Source of the DNA: an uncultured bacterium
GTDB taxonomy: Bacteria > Patescibacteriota > Minisyncoccia > CAIUEV01
Assembly (NCBI GenBank): GCA_937952315.1
Contig: CALFZX010000016.1
Coordinates: forward strand, 14,969 to 78,968
Reading direction: 5' to 3'
Length of the DNA stretch: 64,000 nucleotides
The notes beneath the pieces were generated by a model. That model did not search any database, was not told where the DNA came from, and saw only the letters and a list, made by a program, of their open reading frames with translations. Below, piece by piece: positions 57,844 to 64,000 of the stretch; positions within the stretch are counted from its first letter, which is position 1; each line of letters starts with the position of its first letter. The position numbers were made by a program, and so were the translations under genes.

Positions 57844-59721
57844 TCAAATTTTATCGGGGGCTTCAATGCCTAGGAGAGAAAGACCGTCTTTCAAAATATT
57901 TTTAACGGCTAAAACCAGATTTTTTCTTAATTCTGCTGTTGTTTGATCGTGGCAATTAGCTACCGAATGGCGACTGTAAAAAGCGCTGAAGAGCGAAGCT
58001 AGCTCAAAAAGATATCCGGCCAGTAAATTAGGAGAACATTGCCTACCGGCGATGATAAGAGCTTCCCGATAATGAACGATGAAACGAATGAGATTTCTTT
58101 CCTCTTCTTTCCAATCATTGCCACCTTTTTCTTCATGATCATCTTTTTTTCTTCCGGTAGTTCCTCGCGAATCAATCTTTTTGAGAATATTGGCGGCGCG
58201 AGCGTGGGCATATTGAAGATAGGGACCACTATTGCCGTGAAGGTCCAAAGCTTGATTATAGTCAAAAACTATTTCACCGAATGGGTTTGGTTTTAAGAGA
58301 TAGTATTTGATTGCTCCAACGGCGATTTTTTCTATTTCTTGAGCGTGGGGATGTTTTTTTTGAATTTCTTTTTTCAGCAGTTCTAAAAGATCGTCGGCGT
58401 TGACAATCAGACCATCTCGGCCGGAAAGAGCGTAACTACTCTTTTTTTCTTTAATTTCCAGTCCAAGTTTTTTGGCGGTAGCGGGGGAGAGAGAGACTAG
58501 ACCGTAACCGATATGTTTGAAATTATCAGCCTCTTTTTGAAATCCGGCCGTTTGAAGGGCTGATTTGACGCTCTCTTGCGGAAAAGATTGTCGCATATCT
58601 ATAAAATTGAGTACACCGGTGCCTTGACCCATTTTTGAATTGGCTTTACCACTAACCGAGGTCGAAAGCAGAGCTTCTTTTTGAGATCCAGTCTCCCATT
58701 TTTTGTACTTGAAATCGCTTTTTAACAGGCCGTATTTCCAAAAATGATAGGCGATATCTTTGCCGGTATAAGTGACGATGCCGTTTGATTTAATGATGAC
58801 TTTTTCTTGATCTTCCGAGTTGACAAGGACCCAACAACCCTTATTTTTCCCCTTTTTAGCTAGATAGAAGGCGGAAAGGGTTTTTAATTTTTCAAGAGTT
58901 TCCTCCCAAAGACCGAAATGAAAAATATCACTTTCCCAAATCAGCGCGTCATAGGAGATGGTGAATCGGCCGGTCGTTTCCAGATTGGCGTTAACAATTT
59001 GGCCGACAACTTCTCGATGTCCCAGATTCTTGGGAGAGTCGTAGTCTTCCAAATCTTTTAATAAAGACTCTATCTCTCGAGCCAGATTGCTGTCCTGTTT
59101 GATTTTTTGAGCCATAGCGACATAGACACGACCGGCAAAATGGTCGAATTTTTCCTCTTTCTTCTTTTCTATGTTTAATCGGTCCAGATATTTAAAACCT
59201 AAAAGGGTTATAGCGACTTGCAGTCCGGTGTTGTCAACATAATATTCGACTTCTACCAATCTACCGGTTTTTTGTAAGATTTTTTTAACGGCGTCGCCCA
59301 AGCAGGCGCTTCTCAAGTGACCGATATGAATGGCTTTATTCGGATTGACATTGGTATGCTCCAGAATTATTTTTTCCGGTTTTTTGACTGATTCGACGGA
59401 ATTATCCAGACCTTTTCCTGAGGCGTATTCGAGTAAATTTTTTATCAATGCCTGATCGCCCAAATAAAAATTGATAAAAGCCGGTCTTTCAATGGAAACA
59501 CGATTGATAAAATCCATTTTTCCCAATTTATTTACAATCTCTTGAGCGATTTCAAAGGGGGGTCGATGAAGTTGACCGGCCAATATCATAGCTATATTGC
59601 TTGAATAATCGCCGAATCTTTTTTCTTGAGGCCTGGAAACATCAAAATTGGTTTTCGGGATTATACCGATTTCAGTAAGAGTTTTTTTTAATTCTTTCTT
59701 GATTTGATTCTTAAACATCAT
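57844..59721 (-). CDS. argS: arginine--tRNA ligase
   Basis: Class I HIGH (NPNKAIHIGHLRSACLGD), the ArgRS N-terminal additional domain, and the KMSK-region equivalent (GKANSKMGQG). The C-terminal DALR anticodon-binding domain ends ...LLGIEAP. Confidence 0.9.
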   Translation of the reverse strand: MMFKNQIKKELKKTLTEIGIIPKTNFDVSRPQEKRFGDYSSNIAMILAGQLHRPPFEIAQEIVNKLGKMDFINRVSIERPAFINFYLGDQALIKNLLEYASGKGLDNSVESVKKPEKIILEHTNVNPNKAIHIGHLRSACLGDAVKKILQKTGRLVEVEYYVDNTGLQVAITLLGFKYLDRLNIEKKKEEKFDHFAGRVYVAMAQKIKQDSNLAREIESLLKDLEDYDSPKNLGHREVVGQIVNANLETTGRFTISYDALIWESDIFHFGLWEETLEKLKTLSAFYLAKKGKNKGCWVLVNSEDQEKVIIKSNGIVTYTGKDIAYHFWKYGLLKSDFKYKKWETGSQKEALLSTSVSGKANSKMGQGTGVLNFIDMRQSFPQESVKSALQTAGFQKEADNFKHIGYGLVSLSPATAKKLGLEIKEKKSSYALSGRDGLIVNADDLLELLKKEIQKKHPHAQEIEKIAVGAIKYYLLKPNPFGEIVFDYNQALDLHGNSGPYLQYAHARAANILKKIDSRGTTGRKKDDHEEKGGNDWKEEERNLIRFIVHYREALIIAGRQCSPNLLAGYLFELASLFSAFYSRHSVANCHDQTTAELRKNLVLAVKNILKDGLSLLGIEAPDKI

Positions 59722-59837
59722 TTTAAGCTTAAATGTCTTGACAAAATATATTAGTGTGCTAGTCTCACCTGTTTTCGGATAGAGTCTTAAATTATTGAAT
59801 TAGAGGCTTTACGAAACTAATTTGTAAATAACGATCA

Positions 59838-60245
59838 ATGGACAAAATTAACAAAGCCGTTGTTTCGCTTATGATTATTTTTGCTTTTCTGATACCAGTA
59901 TCGCTCGGAAATTTAAATTCCGGTAGTTTTGTGTCTTTGGCCGAAGCTAAAAGTTCTAAGGTTAGCAAAAAGGAGAAGGAAAAGAGGAAGAAAGACACTA
60001 AGAAAAGAGTCAAAAGATTGGGTTCAATGGGTATCCCAAAGAGTTTTTATGGGAAAAGTTACGGTTCGACAATGTCACTCAAGGAAATGGGTAATATTGT
60101 CGCTAAATGGATCATTTCGGAATATACTCGAACCGGTCAGATTCCTCCTCTGGGGGAGAATAATTCCGATTGGTTAGTCTTGAAGGTGAACGGTCAGTGT
60201 ATGGCTAGCGATAAGGCGTGCGCCCGTTGGCCCGATAATTACTAA
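59838..60245 (+). CDS. hypothetical secreted protein
   Basis: Signal peptide MDKINKAVVSLMIIFAFLIPVSLG followed by a lysine-rich segment. Confidence 0.35.
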   Translation: MDKINKAVVSLMIIFAFLIPVSLGNLNSGSFVSLAEAKSSKVSKKEKEKRKKDTKKRVKRLGSMGIPKSFYGKSYGSTMSLKEMGNIVAKWIISEYTRTGQIPPLGENNSDWLVLKVNGQCMASDKACARWPDNY

Positions 60246-60263
60246 AGAATCCAGCATTCGGAG

Positions 60264-60297
60264 ATAAAAAAAAACGGACCGTTAAGGTCCGTTTTTT
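60264..60297. terminator. bidirectional rho-independent terminator between convergent genes
   Basis: AAAAAAAAACGGACC-GTTAA-GGTCCGTTTTTTTAT: a perfect 7-bp stem with an A-run upstream and a T-run downstream. Confidence 0.65.
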
Positions 60298-60317
60298 TAT
60301 GGGCAAATTAAATTTTT

Positions 60318-60716
60318 TTAGGCAAAAATTTCCGGAACAATCGTTATGCTCATCAAAACAAAAATATTCATAACCGTTGAAATAATCAAAGCCATCCGGC
60401 CGATGCCGTTGAAATCTTTTTTGTTTTCAAAATATTCTTTATTTAAAGCCAAGCTGATCACAAAAGCCAAGATGATCGAAGGAATGGTCATGATGATCGA
60501 TGCCCAGATTGCTCCGTCCATTTGAGAAAAATCAGCCAATGATCCTCCAAAATAGACGGGAATCATCAAAAGCAAAACGGGCGCGGACAGAACACTTAGA
60601 AACCAAACCAACAAAGGCATTTTTAATTCCTCATTTTTTGGTTTTACCGTTGAAACTCTCGTTGCCATTGTGGAAACGGTCTTTTTTGCTCTTTTGGGAG
60701 CGGATTTTTTACTCAT
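60318..60716 (-). CDS. small hypothetical membrane protein (3 TM)
   Basis: 132-aa hydrophobic ORF. Confidence 0.35.
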   Translation of the reverse strand: MSKKSAPKRAKKTVSTMATRVSTVKPKNEELKMPLLVWFLSVLSAPVLLLMIPVYFGGSLADFSQMDGAIWASIIMTIPSIILAFVISLALNKEYFENKKDFNGIGRMALIISTVMNIFVLMSITIVPEIFA

Positions 60717-60904
60717 TTTTTTTGTTTATTTTATTTTTATGAAAAAAATTTCAAATCTATTTTAATTAGAAAATTTTAAGTAGGCAAATTTTGAATTTTT
60801 TAATTTTATAAATTGACAAGTCTTCAGAGTCTCTGTTTCTCCTTTTTTCTTCTTTTATAAAAAAAGAATACAATAAAAATATATTAATTTCTAAAAACAA
60901 AAAT

Positions 60905-61765
60905 ATGTTTGCAAGTGCCAAAGAAATTTTGACTAAAGCTAAAGAGGGAAAATATGCAGTGGGAGCTTTCAATGTATCCAACATGGAGATCGCTCAAGCG
61001 GTCGTAATGGCCGGAGTCGAAAGGAGATCCCCTCTCATTCTCCAAATCACGGAAAGTGCTATGAAATACGCCGGAGATAAAGAACTTTCCAAGATTGTTC
61101 GAACGATTATCGATGAAAGGTCGGAGGATATTCCGGTCGGCATTAATTTAGATCACGGGAAAACCTTTGATGCGGTAAAAAAAGCTATTGATTTAGGTTT
61201 CAGCTCGGTGATGATAGACGGTTCCAGACTGACTTTCCAGGAGAATAAGAATTTGACTAAAATGGTGGTGGAATATTCTCACCAGAGAAATATACCGGTT
61301 CAAGCGGAGTTGGGGATCGTTCCCTATTTGGGAGAATTGAGCACCGATCAAGTCGATTGGTCAGCGTTAATGACTGATCCCGATAAAGCGAAAGAATTTA
61401 TTGAGTACACAAAAGCTGATTTTCTAGCGGTGGCCATCGGTAATGCTCACGGTTTTTTTCGAGAGGCGGAAGTTTTCGATTGGGCCAGACTTAAAACTAT
61501 TAACGAAAAATTAGGAATTCCTTTGGTTCTTCACGGTGCTTCCGATTGCTCGGTCGATAAAATCAGCAAATCAATTGAAAACGGTGTTGCTTGTTTTAAT
61601 GTTGATACGGATATTCGTTTAGCTTTTATGGGACAATTGACTAAAATGGTTGATTCGAAAATTTCAATCACTGATCCGAGAAAAATTATGGAAGCGGTGA
61701 GAGAAGCCGTTAAAAAGAAAGTTATTGAAAAAATCAATATTTTCGGTAGTGGTCACAAAGCTTAG
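60905..61765 (+). CDS. fba: class II fructose-bisphosphate aldolase
   Basis: GAFNVSNMEIAQAVVMAGVERRSPLILQ...INLDHGKTFD...VMIDGS...AELG...AIGNAHG...LVLHGAS carries the class II FBA metal and substrate motifs. Confidence 0.9.
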   Translation: MFASAKEILTKAKEGKYAVGAFNVSNMEIAQAVVMAGVERRSPLILQITESAMKYAGDKELSKIVRTIIDERSEDIPVGINLDHGKTFDAVKKAIDLGFSSVMIDGSRLTFQENKNLTKMVVEYSHQRNIPVQAELGIVPYLGELSTDQVDWSALMTDPDKAKEFIEYTKADFLAVAIGNAHGFFREAEVFDWARLKTINEKLGIPLVLHGASDCSVDKISKSIENGVACFNVDTDIRLAFMGQLTKMVDSKISITDPRKIMEAVREAVKKKVIEKINIFGSGHKA

Positions 61766-62700
61766 CCCATTGTTTTTAATTTAAAAAATCGTTTTTTTCC
61801 CGACAAATCTGTCATTGTTTCGACAATCGGGAACAGTTTTTTCTTCTGAGCATGTTTTTTTATTGCCGGGATAGTCGAAGGGGACGCTTCAATAAAAACC
61901 GTGATTTTTTTTGAGGGATTTTTTTTTAGTATCCAATCCGTTATTTGATTTATTAGTCGGCTTATTATTTCGTCTCCCTTTTCTCCTCCAATTAAAGCTT
62001 TTTTCGGCTCATGAAGAATTACTTCAAGGCTTAGTTTGGTATATTCCTTCTTTGAAATATAGGGGAGGTTGGCAAGAATAAAAAGTTCTTTACGCGAACC
62101 AATGATCGATTTTTCTTTCTTTATAAAGCTCAGTAGATTGCTTTTGAGAAATTTAATCTTTTTACTTTTTAGTTTATTGTAAATTGAATTTTTTTGAGCC
62201 AGAAAAAGCGCTTTACTGTCAATGTCGGTCAATATCGTCAGGGGATTTTGCGGAATATTTTTGATAACGCTCAATCCAAGACAGCCGCTTCCGGTGCCAA
62301 TTTCAATAAGTTCAATTTTCTCTCGATTTTTTTTTATTTCTTCAACCGTTATTCTAGCCAATTCTTCTGTCTCCGGACGAGGAATAAGGGTGTGCTTGTT
62401 AACTTTTATTTTTAAGTTCCAGAAAGAAACTATGCCCAAGATACGATCTTTAGGAAGTCCTTTCAATCTTTTTGAAATAAAGTTACGGATGAGCTTTTTA
62501 TCTGAACTTTTGATTTCTCGATGGAGCAAAAGTAACAGCTTCTCGAACTTGATTTTTTTCTTAAATTCCAACCATTCGGCGATTTCTTTAAAAAAAATTG
62601 AGTGTAAATTTTTTGAGTTCAAGTTTTGATACTGAATATCGTTTTGCTTAGCTATCAAAAGTTTTTTAATTTCGGAATCGATAAAATTTTTCCAGATCAT
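61762..62700 (-). CDS. prmC: release-factor glutamine N5-methyltransferase (HemK/PrmC family)
   Basis: SAM motif IELIEIGTGSGCLGL and the substrate-binding NPPY variant LANLPYI. Confidence 0.65.
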   Translation of the reverse strand: MIWKNFIDSEIKKLLIAKQNDIQYQNLNSKNLHSIFFKEIAEWLEFKKKIKFEKLLLLLHREIKSSDKKLIRNFISKRLKGLPKDRILGIVSFWNLKIKVNKHTLIPRPETEELARITVEEIKKNREKIELIEIGTGSGCLGLSVIKNIPQNPLTILTDIDSKALFLAQKNSIYNKLKSKKIKFLKSNLLSFIKKEKSIIGSRKELFILANLPYISKKEYTKLSLEVILHEPKKALIGGEKGDEIISRLINQITDWILKKNPSKKITVFIEASPSTIPAIKKHAQKKKLFPIVETMTDLSGKKRFFKLKTMG

Positions 62701-62757
62701 TGTTTAAAGAATAAAATTAGGCTAAAAATTACTATCTTTCTTTTAACCGCTAAAAAA

Positions 62758-63816
62758 ATGTCACGCAAAGTTGCACTTTTGCTTTCCGGAGGAATTGACT
62801 CGACAACGGCCGGATATTTGCTCAAAAAAGAGGGCTACGATGTCCACGCTTTTTTTCTTCGCATCAAGCCGGCGGGGGAGGTTTTTTCTCTTTGGCGCGA
62901 GGCGGAGGGAAAAGCTAGAATTTCGGCGGCCGATCTGAATATTCCCTTCGGTGTTTTAGATCTGAGAAAAGAATTCGAGCGAGAGGTGGTGGGCAATTTC
63001 TTATCGGAAATAAAAAAAGGAAAAACTCCGAATCCTTGTTCTATCTGTAATCCCACAATTAAATTCGGTGCTTTTTGGAGCAAGGTCAGACTGCTGGGTT
63101 TTGATTTTATGGCGACCGGACATTATGCCGGCCTCAAAGAAACTTCTCAAGGATTATTTTTACGAAAAGGTAGAGACTCTCGTAAAGATCAAAGCTATTT
63201 TCTTTATGGAATCAGCAAAAAGCTACTTCCCTTCTTAAAATTTCCCTTAGCCGATTTAACCAAAATCCAGGTGCGAGAAATGGCAATTAAGAAAATCAAT
63301 AGTCGCTTTTCTGCAATGAGCGAAAGCCAAGGAGTGTGTTTTCTGGGGGGGATGAAATATGCTGATTTTATCAAGAAGAATATCAAAATTCGGGAAGGCG
63401 AAGTGTTGAATGAAAAGGGTAAAATTATCGGTTCTCACCCGGGCGTCTGGTTTTTTACGGAGGGTCAAAAAACGGGAATTCGGGACATCCGATACCATAA
63501 CCAATCGGTTTATGTTACGGGCAGAGATATCACAAGTAACACGCTCACTGTTTCAGTCAATCCTCGTAAGAATGCTTTACTCAAGAAAAAAATCGTCCTC
63601 AAAGAATTAAAGCTAAGTTGTTCCTTTGGAAAAACGGAGATGTCAGTTGCCGCTAAAACTCGCTACGGCGCCAAAGAGTCCGAGGGAAAACTTATTGTTA
63701 AATCTGGAAAATCAGCTATTTTTTTACCGGCTCAGCCTATTCCAACGCCGGCGGCCGGTCAGTCCGTTGTTTTTTACGACGGCGATATCGTTCTGGGTGG
63801 CGGGGTCGTTAAGTAG
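62758..63816 (+). CDS. mnmA: tRNA-specific 2-thiouridylase MnmA
   Basis: PP-loop VALLLSGGIDSTTAGYLLKKEGYDVHAFFL plus catalytic Cys residues. Start placed at the ATG that gives the SGGxDS motif near the N-terminus; the ORF track extends upstream to 62626. Confidence 0.85.
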   Translation: MSRKVALLLSGGIDSTTAGYLLKKEGYDVHAFFLRIKPAGEVFSLWREAEGKARISAADLNIPFGVLDLRKEFEREVVGNFLSEIKKGKTPNPCSICNPTIKFGAFWSKVRLLGFDFMATGHYAGLKETSQGLFLRKGRDSRKDQSYFLYGISKKLLPFLKFPLADLTKIQVREMAIKKINSRFSAMSESQGVCFLGGMKYADFIKKNIKIREGEVLNEKGKIIGSHPGVWFFTEGQKTGIRDIRYHNQSVYVTGRDITSNTLTVSVNPRKNALLKKKIVLKELKLSCSFGKTEMSVAAKTRYGAKESEGKLIVKSGKSAIFLPAQPIPTPAAGQSVVFYDGDIVLGGGVVK

Positions 63817-63838
63817 TTTTTTATTGAACTATTTAACT

Positions 63839-64000
63839 TCAAAGACGAAATACTCGCTGTTGCTGTAAACTTCTTTGAACAAATCTTTACGCGCCAGCAA
63901 ATTGCTGCGAAATTCGGGGTGATCGCGATTGACGAGCACCCATTTTGATTTGAATAAATCTTTTATTCTTTCCAGATTGTCCGGATCATCGCCGGAAGAA
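63839..64000 (-). CDS. 3' end of an unidentified gene, partial
   Basis: The minus-strand frame translates ...SSGDDPDNLERIKDLFKSKWVLVNRDHPEFRSNLLARKDLFKEVYSNSEYFVFEVK and ends at TAG (63839-63841). It continues beyond the window. Confidence 0.3.

Overview
Low-GC (roughly 38-40% by eye) bacterial chromosomal segment. Gene content and architecture look like a reduced-genome, probably episymbiotic bacterium of the Patescibacteria/CPR type; this is an inference from the fragmented ribosomal-protein operons, the many GT-C/GT4 envelope genes and the type IV pilin. Core content: tuf-rpsJ-rplC-rplD-rplW-rplB (truncated S10 operon), rpsF-ssb-rpsR, rplJ-rplL, rpsL-rpsG-rplY, a 16S-5S rRNA unit with no 23S between or beside them, five tRNAs (Met-CAU, Cys-GCA, Phe-GAA, Arg-CCU, His-GUG), rpmH (missed by the ORF track) followed directly by an RNase P RNA gene and lepA, plus eno, glyQS, argS, tgt, fba, mnmA, prmC, dprA, PBP2, mltG, cmk, dacA-like and holB-like genes. 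Envelope genes: two GT-C (ArnT/PMT-like) glycosyltransferases, two GT4, one GT2, a SAM-methyltransferase and a type IV pilin directly downstream of a GT-C gene. Two accessory loci stand out. (i) 25.3-33.2 kb: three paralogous secreted proteins share a near-identical N-terminal module and a conserved central block but carry different C-terminal modules, one with a phage tail-collar (MdpB-like) motif, and one copy is interrupted by a single in-frame TGA at a conserved Trp codon. (ii) 48.1-51.0 kb: a tandemly duplicated two-gene module pairs a small membrane-anchored protein with a convergent secreted protein containing a PA-dipeptide linker and a long Asp/Gly/Trp-rich tandem-repeat C-terminus. 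No transposase, integrase, CRISPR array or reverse transcriptase was seen. TGA functions as a stop codon here and Trp is encoded by TGG.
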